From the NCBI GenBank assembly GCA_017397845.1, contig JAFQHU010000011.1, positions 5,666 to 69,665 of the forward strand: a stretch of DNA of 64,000 nucleotides. The letters run 5' to 3'. The notes below the pieces were generated by a model. It was not told where the DNA came from and made no database searches. It saw only the letters and a list, made by a program, of their open reading frames with translations. The stretch's first letter is position 1; each line of letters starts with the position of its first letter. This DNA is from Clostridia bacterium (GTDB taxonomy: Bacteria; Bacillota; Clostridia; Oscillospirales; Acutalibacteraceae). A program made the translations under genes and the position numbers. Shown in pieces: positions 18,412-28,759 of this stretch.

Positions 18412-19416
18412 ATGAAAAAAATGCTTTCAGTTTTATTGTCCCTATTGGTAATCACGTCCTGTCTGACTCTCGGTTTTACTGTGTCTGCCGAACAGCTTTC
18501 CGTGGGTAACGATGTGCTTGACGCACGCTTTCTGGACGGTAAGTGTCCCGGTGAGCTGGATTATGTTTATTACAAACCTCAGGCAAAAGCAGGGGTGAAA
18601 TATCCGCTGATGATATGGCTCCACGGTGCCAAATCCGGTGACAGACCGAGAGCACAGCTGGAATGGTACCGTTTCAGCAATTGGGCATCCGATGAATATC
18701 AGGCGAGATTTAAAAATGCAGGAGGTGCATATCTTTTGGCACCGCGTTCGTCAAAGGATATTGCCCATAATTGGTATGACGGAATTTGCTCTGATTTGAA
18801 ATCCACTATAGATTATTTCATTTCGCTGCATCCGGATATCGATACATCACGTGTTTATATCGGCGGTTATTCCACAGGCGGCTCCATGACGTGGCATATG
18901 GTTACAAAGTATCCGGGATTTTTTGCTGCCGCTATCCCGATTGCCTCTCTTTACAATCCTACCTCAGGTGAGCTTGCCGGGCTCAGCAATACATCAATAT
19001 GGATTTTCAGCTGTGACAAAGATTTTTACACTTCTGCCAGAACTTCAGTTGCCGTAAAAACCTTTGATGCTCTAAAGGGAATTACAAACCGTCCTATGGG
19101 CATACGTCACACAGCCTTTACAGAAGCAATATGGGAGTCAAACCGCAAACAGGATGCTTTTGATAAAGAGCATTATATATGGGGAGCCGTAACCAACGAT
19201 ATGTTTATGGACACGGGTGAACAGTTTTATTATTCCCGCACCTATGATGCCACAGGCTCAAAAATTACAATGACAAGACCCGACGGTATAATAAGCTGGC
19301 TGTCTGTTCAGACAAATGATAAAACAGGTGAAGACACAAAACTTTCTTTTTTTGAAAATATTTTTGCTTTTTTCAGAACTCTGATTAATAAGCTGCTTTC
19401 ACTTTTCGGTATATAA
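18412..19416 (+). CDS. Secreted alpha/beta-hydrolase (esterase/lipase-type) with a Phe-rich amphipathic C-terminal tail
   Basis: Signal peptide MKKMLSVLLSLLVITSCLTLGFTVSA, oxyanion-type LMIWLHGA, nucleophile elbow GGYSTGG. C-terminus is LSFFENIFAFFRTLINKLLSLFGI. Confidence 0.7.
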   Translation: MKKMLSVLLSLLVITSCLTLGFTVSAEQLSVGNDVLDARFLDGKCPGELDYVYYKPQAKAGVKYPLMIWLHGAKSGDRPRAQLEWYRFSNWASDEYQARFKNAGGAYLLAPRSSKDIAHNWYDGICSDLKSTIDYFISLHPDIDTSRVYIGGYSTGGSMTWHMVTKYPGFFAAAIPIASLYNPTSGELAGLSNTSIWIFSCDKDFYTSARTSVAVKTFDALKGITNRPMGIRHTAFTEAIWESNRKQDAFDKEHYIWGAVTNDMFMDTGEQFYYSRTYDATGSKITMTRPDGIISWLSVQTNDKTGEDTKLSFFENIFAFFRTLINKLLSLFGI

Positions 19417-19433
19417 AAATATAAAATAACGAC

Positions 19434-19463
19434 GGTCACAGGTTCATAACTGTGACCTCTTTA
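19434..19463 (+). terminator. Candidate terminator after the esterase gene
   Basis: 8-bp stem GGTCACAG / CTGTGACC with a weak T tract (TCTTTA). Confidence 0.5.
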
Positions 19464-19483
19464 AGGATAAAAGGAGATTTCCG

Positions 19484-20794
19484 ATGAAAAAATCAAACGC
19501 ATTTGCACTTATCCCTATAGGGGTATTTGTGGTTTTCTACCTTTCGCTTGGCATAATATTCGAATATGTGATGAAAATTCCGATGGGCTTTTACAGCGTG
19601 CCTGTGGTGGTTGCTTTTCTTGTGGCACTTTTTGTGGCTGTGTTGCAGACGAAAGGCGTTTCTTTAGATGAAAAATTTGAAATAATGGGCAAGGGTGCAG
19701 GTGACAAAAATATTATCACCATGCTTATTATCTTTATGATGGCGGGCATTTTTGTCGGTGTGGTTGGCAGAAGCTCCGCTGAAAGTGTGGCTTATTTCAT
19801 GCTTTCTGTAACTCCGCCAAGACTTGCTGTGGTTGTAATTTTTGTCGTAAGCTGTTTCGTTTCTACAGCCATGGGTACTTCTGTGGGTACCATCACACTC
19901 ATAACACCTATTGCAGTGGCACTTTCTCAAAGTGCAGGCTTCTCTTTACCTCTTTGTGTGGGTACTGTAGTGGGTGGTGCTATGTTCGGTGATAACCTCT
20001 CGTTTATTTCCGATACCACCATCGCTGCCTGTAACGGTCAGGGATGTAAAATGAAGGATAAATTCCGTACCAATGTGGCTGTGGTTGTCCCGGCGGCGAT
20101 CATTACTCTTGTTCTTATTTTTGTGCTTTCCATGAAAGCAGACATCGCTGAAAGCATCAACAACGAATATAACCTTGTACAGATTATTCCTTATGTCCTC
20201 GTTCTTATCAGCGGGATAGCAGGTGTGAATGTGTTTCTCACCCTTCTCATCGGTATTATTTCGGGCAGCATCATAATGCTCGCCGCGGGAGGAGTAACCT
20301 TTATCGAGCTTATGTCGAATATGGGTGCAGGTGCATCGGGTATGTTCGAAACCTCCATGGTGGCTGTTCTTGTCGCCTGCCTCTGTGCACTCATAAAGCA
20401 TAATGGCGGTTTTGAGGCACTTCTTACGGGCATTCGACGTATTTTTCGCGGCAAAAAGGGCGGTCAGCTTGGTATCGGTCTTCTCGTCGGTCTTATGGAT
20501 GTTGCTACAGCTAACAACACAGTTGCAATTGTAATGGCTAATCCTATTGCAAGTGAAATGGCAGAGGAATACGGTATTTCAAATAAAAAAACCGCTTCTA
20601 TTCTCGATACATTTTCCTGTATAACACAGGGCTTTCTCCCTTACGGAGCCCAAATATTAGTGGCTCTTTCGGCTGTCAGCACTCTCGGTCATGAGCTTTC
20701 AGCCTTCAGCGTGATACAGAATCTTTTCTATCCGATGCTTCTTCTTTTAAGCTCACTTATATTTATTTTCGTAATCCCCGAAAAGAAAAAATAA
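19484..20794 (+). CDS. Na+/H+ antiporter, NhaC family
   Basis: 436 aa polytopic membrane protein. Its overall pattern (N-terminal AFALIPIGVF..., repeated G-rich helices) resembles NhaC-type antiporters. Confidence 0.7.
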   Translation: MKKSNAFALIPIGVFVVFYLSLGIIFEYVMKIPMGFYSVPVVVAFLVALFVAVLQTKGVSLDEKFEIMGKGAGDKNIITMLIIFMMAGIFVGVVGRSSAESVAYFMLSVTPPRLAVVVIFVVSCFVSTAMGTSVGTITLITPIAVALSQSAGFSLPLCVGTVVGGAMFGDNLSFISDTTIAACNGQGCKMKDKFRTNVAVVVPAAIITLVLIFVLSMKADIAESINNEYNLVQIIPYVLVLISGIAGVNVFLTLLIGIISGSIIMLAAGGVTFIELMSNMGAGASGMFETSMVAVLVACLCALIKHNGGFEALLTGIRRIFRGKKGGQLGIGLLVGLMDVATANNTVAIVMANPIASEMAEEYGISNKKTASILDTFSCITQGFLPYGAQILVALSAVSTLGHELSAFSVIQNLFYPMLLLLSSLIFIFVIPEKKK

Positions 20795-20811
20795 ACTTTT
20801 GGAGAAAAAAT

Positions 20812-21156
20812 ATGTCGGAATTTTTAGAACAGATAGAGCATATAGTAGATGCTGCTTTGCCCGATAAGGATGAGCTGATTCATAAAGAGCATCCTAAAAC
20901 GGATTATGTTATGCTTATAGTGCGCAATCTTTTGGTGGGTGTGGCTACGGTATTTTTCGTTCTGTCCTTTTTCTTTGATGATGCACATCATATTCTGAGG
21001 GCGGTAGGCTATTTCAGCGGTGCCGGTGCATATGTTTTTGAATGTTTGCTGCTCACGGATTGCTTTAAAACCAAAGTTCCACATAAGGAGCTGTTTATGA
21101 TTTATTGTCTCGGGCCTCTTTATCTGCTGATGGGACTTGGTTATTTACTGAAATAA
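20812..21156 (+). CDS. Small membrane protein, hypothetical
   Basis: 114 aa with three hydrophobic segments. SD GGAGAAAAAAT precedes the ATG. Confidence 0.5.
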   Translation: MSEFLEQIEHIVDAALPDKDELIHKEHPKTDYVMLIVRNLLVGVATVFFVLSFFFDDAHHILRAVGYFSGAGAYVFECLLLTDCFKTKVPHKELFMIYCLGPLYLLMGLGYLLK

Positions 21157-21170
21157 TGGAGGTAATAACG

Positions 21171-22010
21171 ATGAAAAAAGCAAAAATTTTACTCATAGCC
21201 GCAGGTTGTGTGGCTTTGGTTGCGGCTATAGGTGTTATCGGGTGGAAATCGGCTGTCCGTGATGCATCGAAGGAGCATAATCTGATTACTCTCGATACCT
21301 CTGCTGTGCCTTCTCCCGTAACAAAGTTTACGGAACATGATATACAGCTCAGCGAGGTTAAAATGCATTATGCCGTTTACGGCAAGGAGGGTTATCCTCT
21401 CATTCTCATTCACGGAAACGGCGGGGATAAAAATTCTCTTTCTGAGGCGGCGTCTTATCTTGCCAATGATTACAGGGTTTATGTTCCCGAAAGCCGATGC
21501 CACGGTGAAAGCAGTGACCCCGGTGTGATCTCTTATGACCTTATGGCAAAGGACATAAAGGAATTCTGCGAAGCACTCGGCATCGAAAAGCCTTACATTA
21601 TGGGACACAGCGACGGCGGTATAAATGCACTCACTTTGGCTTATACTTATCCCGAACTCCCGGGTGCTGTTATTTCCTGCGGTGCTAACTCTGTACCTGA
21701 AACCTTCAAGCCTTATTTCACTATAGGTGTAAAGGTGATGAATCTCTTTAAGCCCGACAAGCTCAATGATATGATGCTTACTCTGCCTCAGATGAATGCA
21801 GAGCTTCTCGGTAAGATAACCTGTCCCACATACATCGTGGCAGGGGAAAACGACATTATGTGGCTGAGCGATACTGCCTTCCTTTATGTGAGCACACAGC
21901 CTCACAGCGAAATTGCCATCATAAAGAATGCAAACCATTCCTCCTACATATCCCAGGACGGAAAACAGGCTTATGTTCTGGCAAAGGATTATTTAGATTC
22001 GTTGAAGTAA
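21171..22010 (+). CDS. Membrane-anchored alpha/beta hydrolase
   Basis: Start moved to ATG 21171 (SD GGAGG). N-terminal anchor KILLIAAGCVALVAAIGVIGW, LILIHGNGG, nucleophile elbow GHSDGG. Confidence 0.75.
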   Translation: MKKAKILLIAAGCVALVAAIGVIGWKSAVRDASKEHNLITLDTSAVPSPVTKFTEHDIQLSEVKMHYAVYGKEGYPLILIHGNGGDKNSLSEAASYLANDYRVYVPESRCHGESSDPGVISYDLMAKDIKEFCEALGIEKPYIMGHSDGGINALTLAYTYPELPGAVISCGANSVPETFKPYFTIGVKVMNLFKPDKLNDMMLTLPQMNAELLGKITCPTYIVAGENDIMWLSDTAFLYVSTQPHSEIAIIKNANHSSYISQDGKQAYVLAKDYLDSLK

Positions 22011-22015
22011 AAATA

Positions 22016-22060
22016 AAAGACCGTCGAGTGACTTTAAGAGAGTCATCGGCGGTCTTTTTT
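22016..22060. terminator. Bidirectional terminator between convergent genes
   Basis: Long imperfect hairpin AAGACCGTCGAGTGACT / AGTCATCGGCGGTCTT flanked by an A-run and a T6 run. Confidence 0.7.
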
Positions 22061-22062
22061 GA

Positions 22063-22548
22063 TTATTCTTTTTCAGGTAATTTGCACACATCCACCCAGC
22101 CGTCACATTCGCTGAATTTTTCGAGCTCCTCCATATTCAGCTCGATGGCACTGTTACTGCTTCCCACAGCAGGAAAAACGGTATCAAAGCGTTTTAGGCT
22201 TTCGTCAAGATAAACTCTGACACCTTTGTTTATGCCGAAGGGGCATACACCGCCCACGCTGTGACCTATCATTTCTTCCACCTGTTCGTATGTAAGCATT
22301 TTCGCTTTTTGCGAAAAGGTCTGTTTGTATTTTTTGTTGTCGATTTTAGCGTCGCCCGCAGCAACAATCAGAATAGCACCGTCTTCGAGAAGAAAAGACA
22401 GCGTTTTTGCGATTCTCTTTCCTTCGGTATTAAGTGCTTTTGCGGCAAGCTCCACCGTAGCGCTTGAAACCTCGAACTCCATTACTCTGTGGTCGGCACC
22501 GTATTTTTTGAGATGCTCTCTTCCTTTTTCTATTGACAAAACAATCAT
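22063..22548 (-). CDS. YbaK/EbsC-type aminoacyl-tRNA editing domain protein
   Basis: 161 aa. KTL.F......ILIVAAGD and GHSVGGVCPFG motifs are typical of YbaK/ProX deacylases. Confidence 0.75.
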   Translation of the reverse strand: MIVLSIEKGREHLKKYGADHRVMEFEVSSATVELAAKALNTEGKRIAKTLSFLLEDGAILIVAAGDAKIDNKKYKQTFSQKAKMLTYEQVEEMIGHSVGGVCPFGINKGVRVYLDESLKRFDTVFPAVGSSNSAIELNMEELEKFSECDGWVDVCKLPEKE

Positions 22549-22676
22549 TCCTTTTTTCAGTTTTAACCATTGTACTCCTCTTTTTATTTTAAGTCAAATA
22601 TTTTCGAAAATCAGTTGTTTTTTTCTCCGTTTTAATGTAAAATTAAGAGGTATGTTTAACAGTAAAGAGGTATAAT

Positions 22677-25076
22677 ATGGCATCGAAAGAATTTTTGGAA
22701 TTAAGAAAAAAGATAATCGAAAAAGACTTTAAATATATGAACGATAAACAGCGTGAGGCTATCTTTCAGGTAAACGGCCCCGTTCTTATTTTAGCCGGTG
22801 CGGGAAGCGGAAAAACCACCGTTATCGTTAACCGTATAGCAAATATCGTAAAATACGGTAATGCTTATAAAAGCAAAGAGGTAGCCTTCGAGCCCAGTGA
22901 AAGGGATATGCGTCTCATGAAAGCGTATCTTGACGGGGAAGAGGATGCACTTTTCGACATCGAGGATCTCCTCTGCGTAGAGCCTGCCCGTCCATGGCAG
23001 ATATTGGCCATTACTTTCACAAATAAAGCAGCTAACGAGCTTAAGGAAAGATTAGAAAAAATGCTCGGTGAAGAGGCAAAGGAAATATGGGCTTCCACCT
23101 TCCATTCCAGCTGTGTCAGAATACTGCGCCGTGACGGTCAGGTTTTAGGCTACAGCAAAAGCTTTACCATTTATGACACTGACGATACCAAAAGGCTTAT
23201 AAAAGAATGCCAGAGACAGCTCGGCATAAGTGATTCCAACCTTCCTCATAAAACTATTCTGAATGAAATCAGCCACGCAAAGGACAGCCTTATTTCCCCT
23301 GAAGACTATATCGCTTCTGCAGGCAAGGATGCACGTAAGGCACAGATAGGCAAGGTATACAAAATGTACCAAAAGGAGCTGAAAAATGCCGATGCCATGG
23401 ACTTTGACGACATTATCGTAAACACTGTAAAGCTTTTGGAAGAGCACAGCGATGTAAGAGAGTATTATCAGAAAAAGTTCCGATATATTATGGTTGATGA
23501 ATATCAGGATACCAACCATGCACAATATAAGCTGACGGAGCTTTTGGCGGGCGGTCACAGAAATATATGTGTGGTAGGTGACGATGACCAAAGTATTTAC
23601 CGTTTCCGAGGTGCCACTATAGAAAACATCATGAGCTTTGAGCACCGTTACGCTGAATCAAGCATTATCCGTCTTGAACAAAATTACCGCTCCACCCAAA
23701 CTATTCTCGATGTAGCTAATGAGGTTATTTCGAACAATAAAAAGAGAAAGGGCAAAAGTTTGTGGACAGCTAACGGCGGCGGTGACAAGGTGGTTATCAA
23801 TACCGCCTATGATGAAACCGATGAGGCCAAATTCATTACCGAAACCATCGAAGAAAACGTCAGCTCAGGTAAATTCACCTTTAGCGACCACGCTGTTCTT
23901 TACCGAATGAATGCCCAATCAAACACCATAGAAAATGTTCTCGTCAGAGCGGGTATTCCTTACCGTATTATCGGCGGCCATCGCTTCTACGAAAGAGCAG
24001 AAATCAGGGATGCCATAGCTTATCTGACTATTCTTAATAACCCGAATGATAATGTTAAGCTCCGCCGTATTGTCAATGTACCAAAAAGAGGTATAGGTGA
24101 CACTACGGTAAATAAAGCAAGTGAAATAGCCTCAGGCCTCGGCATCAGCCTTTTTGAGGTGTTTTCTCACGCCGATGAATACGAAAGTCTCAAACGAAGC
24201 GCAAAAAAGCTCATGGAGTTTACGGCCACCGTCGAATCCGTGAGAGCCAATGTGGATAAGGTTCCTTTGGATGAGCTTTTCGAGGATATTATCCGCAGAA
24301 CGGAATATATGGCACATCTTCGTCTTGATAAAGAAAAGGGCTCCGAAAGAGTCGAAAATATCTACGAACTTGTAACCAACCTTAAAAATTATCAGACAGA
24401 AAATGAAGAGGCAACTCTTTCAGGCTTTCTTGAAGAGGTCGCTCTTATGACAGATATTGACAACTATAACGCACAGCAGGATGCGGTTGTGCTTATGACC
24501 ATTCATTCATCAAAGGGTTTGGAATTCCCGGTGGTATTTCTTCCCGGTATGGAGGAAAGCATCTTTCCCGGTGTGCAGAGTATGTTTAATCCGGATGATG
24601 TTGAGGAGGAGAGAAGACTTGCTTATGTAGGTATCACCAGAGCCAAAAGAAAGCTGTTTATCTCCCATGCAAATTCCCGTATGCTTTTCGGTACCACTCA
24701 AAGGAATCTTCCCTCCCGCTTCGTTATTGAAATTCCCGATGCTCTTACTGAAAGAACGGGCAGACGTCCCACTTCTCAGATGTCCTTTGATGTATTGGCA
24801 TCCGGCGGTTATGAAAGAGGCGGCAGAGAGGAAAGAGGCAATTTTTCGGGCAACGGATATCTTTCCAGAAACAAAACACAAATTTCAAAAAAATCTGCTC
24901 CCGTTTCCACCGAAACATATTCTGTCGGTGACACGGTAATGCATAAGGTTTTCGGCAAGGGTGTGGTTTTGTCGGCAAAGCCTATGGCAAACGATTTTAT
25001 GCTTGAAATCGCCTTTGAGGGCGGAAGCACGAAAAAGCTTATGGCGAACTTTGCCAAATTAACCAAAGTCAAATAA
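22677..25076 (+). CDS. pcrA: ATP-dependent DNA helicase PcrA (UvrD family)
   Basis: Walker A AGAGSGKT, DEYQDTN, VGDDDQSIYRFRGA, QNYRST, TIHSSKGLEFPVVF, VGITRA motifs. 799 aa. Confidence 0.9.
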   Translation: MASKEFLELRKKIIEKDFKYMNDKQREAIFQVNGPVLILAGAGSGKTTVIVNRIANIVKYGNAYKSKEVAFEPSERDMRLMKAYLDGEEDALFDIEDLLCVEPARPWQILAITFTNKAANELKERLEKMLGEEAKEIWASTFHSSCVRILRRDGQVLGYSKSFTIYDTDDTKRLIKECQRQLGISDSNLPHKTILNEISHAKDSLISPEDYIASAGKDARKAQIGKVYKMYQKELKNADAMDFDDIIVNTVKLLEEHSDVREYYQKKFRYIMVDEYQDTNHAQYKLTELLAGGHRNICVVGDDDQSIYRFRGATIENIMSFEHRYAESSIIRLEQNYRSTQTILDVANEVISNNKKRKGKSLWTANGGGDKVVINTAYDETDEAKFITETIEENVSSGKFTFSDHAVLYRMNAQSNTIENVLVRAGIPYRIIGGHRFYERAEIRDAIAYLTILNNPNDNVKLRRIVNVPKRGIGDTTVNKASEIASGLGISLFEVFSHADEYESLKRSAKKLMEFTATVESVRANVDKVPLDELFEDIIRRTEYMAHLRLDKEKGSERVENIYELVTNLKNYQTENEEATLSGFLEEVALMTDIDNYNAQQDAVVLMTIHSSKGLEFPVVFLPGMEESIFPGVQSMFNPDDVEEERRLAYVGITRAKRKLFISHANSRMLFGTTQRNLPSRFVIEIPDALTERTGRRPTSQMSFDVLASGGYERGGREERGNFSGNGYLSRNKTQISKKSAPVSTETYSVGDTVMHKVFGKGVVLSAKPMANDFMLEIAFEGGSTKKLMANFAKLTKVK

Positions 25077-25164
25077 TAAGAATTTTTATGATGTAAAAAA
25101 TGTTTCTGTGAGGATACTGCTTGTCGTGTCCTTAGGCAGAAATATATTTAAGCGAGGTAAAAAA

Positions 25165-26520
25165 ATGAAGCTTTATAACGTAAAAGATTTCGGAGCTGTC
25201 TGTGACGGAAAGCATGATGACGGCGATGCCATACAAAAGGCGATTGACCTTTGTACCGCTGAGGGCGGAGGAACTGTTATTCTTGGTGCAGGCGAGTATT
25301 ACAGCCATTCAATACAGATAAAAAAGGATGTAGAGCTTTATCTGCAAAAAGGCGCACATCTTAAAGCAAGTGCAGATATTAATTCTTACATCAGACCCTG
25401 TGAAACCATCAATGACCCGAAAACTGCTCTTGTTGGAAATCCCGTAACGGGAAAGCCCTCCTTTGCTTTTATTTACGGTTACGGTGCAGATAATGCTACC
25501 ATCAGCGGTGAGGGTGTTATCGACGGCAACTGTTACGCCTTCGTGGAAAGAAAGAGTCAGTATTATGTTACGGGTAATTTTTATCCCAGACCTACAGTTA
25601 TTTACATCGAAAACAGCCATCATATAACAGTTAAGGATGTCACCGTAAAGGATGCTCCCTTCTGGACTCTTCATCCCGCAGGCTGTGACGATGTACTTAT
25701 TTCAAATATCCGTATCCTTAATCCCATAGATGTGGCAAACAGTGACGGTATTGACCCTGATCATTGTTCAAATGTCAGAATTATCGGCTGTCATGTGGTT
25801 TGTGCTGATGACTGTATTTGTCTGAAAGCATCCAAAGGTAACAGTGAATACGGTCCTTGCGAAAATATCGTCATCACGGGCTGCACTCTTACGTCCACCT
25901 CGGCTGCGATCAAAATCGGTACAGAGGGTGTGGGTGATTTCAGAAATGTTATAGTTGATAACTGTGTTATTTCAAAGTCTAACCGTGGCATATCCATTCA
26001 GATAAGAGACGGCGGTAATGTTGAAAATGTCAGCTTTTCAAATATTATTATTGAAACCCGCCGTTTTTGTCCCGATTGGTGGGGCAGTGCAGAGCCTGTG
26101 GCGATTACTGCCTTCAGACGTGACGAAAACACTGTTTGCGGTCATATTAAAAATATCCGCTTCAGCAATATCACCTGCAAGGGTGAAAACGGAATTTTAG
26201 TGCATGGCACTGAGGATAATCCTATAGAAGATATCACCTTCGAAAATGTAAAGGTCACCGTTGAAAAAACCACCAAATGGAACTGCGGCATTTATGACCT
26301 TCGTCCCGCTGTGGACTACGGAATTACCGAAAACAAAAATTCCTGTATTTACATAAAGAATGCAAAGGATGTTTCTATCCGCAGAACAAAGGCTGTTTTC
26401 GGCAATTTCAGCGACTTTTATGCCTATGGACTTTACTGCGAAAACGTGAAAAATATTGAAACGGATAGCTTTTATGCCGAAAGTGTTTCGGAGAATTATG
26501 AAAATATTAAAATTATCTGA
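25165..26520 (+). CDS. Glycoside hydrolase family 28 / pectate-lyase-fold protein (polygalacturonase-like), no signal peptide
   Basis: Start moved to ATG 25165 (SD GAGGTAA). N-terminal VKDFGAVCDGKHDDGDAIQKAID, then NSDGIDPD...GCHVVCADDCICLK and RGISIQ, the typical GH28 catalytic region. Confidence 0.75.
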   Translation: MKLYNVKDFGAVCDGKHDDGDAIQKAIDLCTAEGGGTVILGAGEYYSHSIQIKKDVELYLQKGAHLKASADINSYIRPCETINDPKTALVGNPVTGKPSFAFIYGYGADNATISGEGVIDGNCYAFVERKSQYYVTGNFYPRPTVIYIENSHHITVKDVTVKDAPFWTLHPAGCDDVLISNIRILNPIDVANSDGIDPDHCSNVRIIGCHVVCADDCICLKASKGNSEYGPCENIVITGCTLTSTSAAIKIGTEGVGDFRNVIVDNCVISKSNRGISIQIRDGGNVENVSFSNIIIETRRFCPDWWGSAEPVAITAFRRDENTVCGHIKNIRFSNITCKGENGILVHGTEDNPIEDITFENVKVTVEKTTKWNCGIYDLRPAVDYGITENKNSCIYIKNAKDVSIRRTKAVFGNFSDFYAYGLYCENVKNIETDSFYAESVSENYENIKII

Positions 26521-26601
26521 GAAAAAAGCTGAAAACTCTTTACACTTTACTTTATATTTAGTAAAATAAAAAGCAAGAGAAAACAATGGAGGTATTTTGT
26601 A

Positions 26602-27309
26602 ATGGCAAGTAAGTATAAAAGAATACTCCTTAAGCTCAGCGGTGAGGTTTTAGCCGGTGAAGAGGGTAAGGGTATTAATTTCGATATCGTTAACGATGTG
26701 TGTAAAAGAATCAAAAAATGTACGGAGCTCGGCACACAGATAGGTCTCGTTGTCGGCGGCGGCAATTTCTGGAGAGGAAGAAGCAGCGGTGAGATGGACA
26801 GAACAAGAGCTGACCATATGGGTATGCTTGCCACCTGCATCAATGCACTCGCTCTCTGTGACACACTTGAGCAGTTGGGTGTGAAGGCTTATGTTCAGAC
26901 TGCAATTCCGATGCCTTTGGTAGCTGACCCTTATACCAAAAGAGGTGCTGTGGAGCATCTTGAAAAGGGCGAGGTAGTTATTTTCGGCGCGGGTATCGGA
27001 TGTCCGTTTTTCTCCACAGATACCACAGCTGCTTTACGTGCTGCTGAAATCGGAGCGGAAATTATTTTCAAAGCAACAAATGTCGACGGCGTATATGACA
27101 AAGACCCCAATAAATACGATGATGCCGTGAAAATTGACACACTCACACATTCTGAGGTGCTTTCAAAGGGACTCAAGGTTATGGATGCCACAGCCGCTTC
27201 TCTTTGCAGAGATAACAACATTGACATTTTAGTTTTCAATCTCAACGATTACGATAATATCGTAAGAGCAGTCGAGGGTGAAAGCATAGGTACCGTAGTT
27301 AAGGAGTAA
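26602..27309 (+). CDS. pyrH: UMP kinase
   Basis: [11 protein letters not shown]...[10 protein letters not shown]...[15 protein letters not shown] motifs. Confidence 0.95.
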   Translation: MASKYKRILLKLSGEVLAGEEGKGINFDIVNDVCKRIKKCTELGTQIGLVVGGGNFWRGRSSGEMDRTRADHMGMLATCINALALCDTLEQLGVKAYVQTAIPMPLVADPYTKRGAVEHLEKGEVVIFGAGIGCPFFSTDTTAALRAAEIGAEIIFKATNVDGVYDKDPNKYDDAVKIDTLTHSEVLSKGLKVMDATAASLCRDNNIDILVFNLNDYDNIVRAVEGESIGTVVKE

Positions 27310-27359
27310 GCTCCTTACAGATAAAAAAATAAATTATTTACATAAGAGAGGAAATAGTT

Positions 27360-27914
27360 ATGAAAACTGTATACGAAATCGCAAAAACAAAAATGGGTAA
27401 AACCGTTAATGCTCTCATTGCCGAATACGGTGCAATCAGAGCCGGCAGAGCAAATCCCCAAATTCTCGATAAGGTTACCGTGGATTATTACGGCACACCC
27501 ACTCCCATCAACCAGCTCGCATCCGTTTCTGCCACAGAGGCCAGAGTTCTTACCATTCAGCCTTGGGATAAAAGCGTTCTCAAAGGTATTGAAAAGGCAA
27601 TCCAGATCTCAGATATCGGCATCAATCCCCAAAATGACGGCTCCGTTATCCGTCTCACCTTCCCTCCTCTTACAGAGGACAGACGTAAAGAGCTCGTAAA
27701 GGATATTCAGAAAATTGCTGAAAATTCAAAGGTTGCCGCCCGCTCCATCCGCCGTGACTGTCTCGAAAAGCTTAAGGCTATGAAAAAGAACAGCGAAATC
27801 ACAGAGGATGACCTTAAAGACGGTGAAAAGGAAATCCAGAAAATCACCGATAACATCATAAAAGAAATCGATGAAATCTCTGCTGCTAAGCAGAAGGAAA
27901 TTATGGAAATCTAA
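27360..27914 (+). CDS. frr: Ribosome recycling factor
   Basis: 184 aa. IRAGRANPQILDKVTVDYYG and LTEDRRKELVK motifs. Confidence 0.95.
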   Translation: MKTVYEIAKTKMGKTVNALIAEYGAIRAGRANPQILDKVTVDYYGTPTPINQLASVSATEARVLTIQPWDKSVLKGIEKAIQISDIGINPQNDGSVIRLTFPPLTEDRRKELVKDIQKIAENSKVAARSIRRDCLEKLKAMKKNSEITEDDLKDGEKEIQKITDNIIKEIDEISAAKQKEIMEI

Positions 27915-27996
27915 GAAATATTACTTTTTATGGTGGCTGTTTCTCGCGGACAGCCACTGAATGTCTTTATAAAGTGCAATAAAACACAGGAGTCGG

Positions 27997-28725
27997 ATGT
28001 TTATGGAAAAGAAATTTGAATGTCTTCCTGAGCATATCGCCATCATTATGGACGGTAACGGCAGATGGGCAAAAAACCGCGGTCTTAAACGTACAGAGGG
28101 CCACAAGGTTGGCGCAAAGGTTTTCGAAGAAATCTGCGAATACTGTGCTGAAATCGGTATTAAGCACGTAACCTTTTATGCCTTCTCCACTGAGAATTGG
28201 AAAAGGTCTAAGTTAGAAGTAACGGCCATAATGAATCTTTTCAGAGGCTATCTTGACCGCATGCAGGAAAGAGTTCTCGAAAACGAAGAGGCAGGCTATC
28301 GCATACGCTTTCTCGGTGCCAGAGAGGGTATGCCAAAGGATATAGTCAGTCGTATGGATGATGTGGAAAAAAGAAGCGCCGACAAAACAAGGATAAATAT
28401 AAATATTGCCGTTAATTACGGCTCAAGAGATGAAATTGTCCATGGTGTAAAGGATATAGTCCGCGACATACAGTCGGGTATAATCGGTATTGATGATATT
28501 GACGAAGAACTGATTTCGTCCCATCTTTACACAGCAGGACAGCCCGATCCGGATCTTATCATAAGGCCCAGCGGTGAATACCGGCTTTCTAATTATCTTA
28601 TGTGGCAGGCGGCATACAGTGAAATTTACATCGATGATGTTTTGTGGCCTGATTACACGTCTGCGGATTTGGATAAGGCGATAGAAGAATATTCAAAAAG
28701 AAACCGTCGCTTTGGCGGAGTTTAA
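27997..28725 (+). CDS. uppS: Undecaprenyl-diphosphate synthase (isoprenyl transferase)
   Basis: HIAIIMDGNGRWA, FSTENWKR and IRPSGEYRLSN motifs. The true start may be the second ATG at 28003, which has better SD spacing. Confidence 0.9.
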   Translation: MFMEKKFECLPEHIAIIMDGNGRWAKNRGLKRTEGHKVGAKVFEEICEYCAEIGIKHVTFYAFSTENWKRSKLEVTAIMNLFRGYLDRMQERVLENEEAGYRIRFLGAREGMPKDIVSRMDDVEKRSADKTRININIAVNYGSRDEIVHGVKDIVRDIQSGIIGIDDIDEELISSHLYTAGQPDPDLIIRPSGEYRLSNYLMWQAAYSEIYIDDVLWPDYTSADLDKAIEEYSKRNRRFGGV

Positions 28726-28759
28726 TTGCAGATTTCGAATAAAAAAAGGAAGATTAATT

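Noticed and set aside
21189-21938. 249-aa minus-strand ORF
   Set aside because: It is antisense to the alpha/beta hydrolase gene, which has clear HG, GxSxG and anchor motifs. Its composition is that of a shadow ORF.
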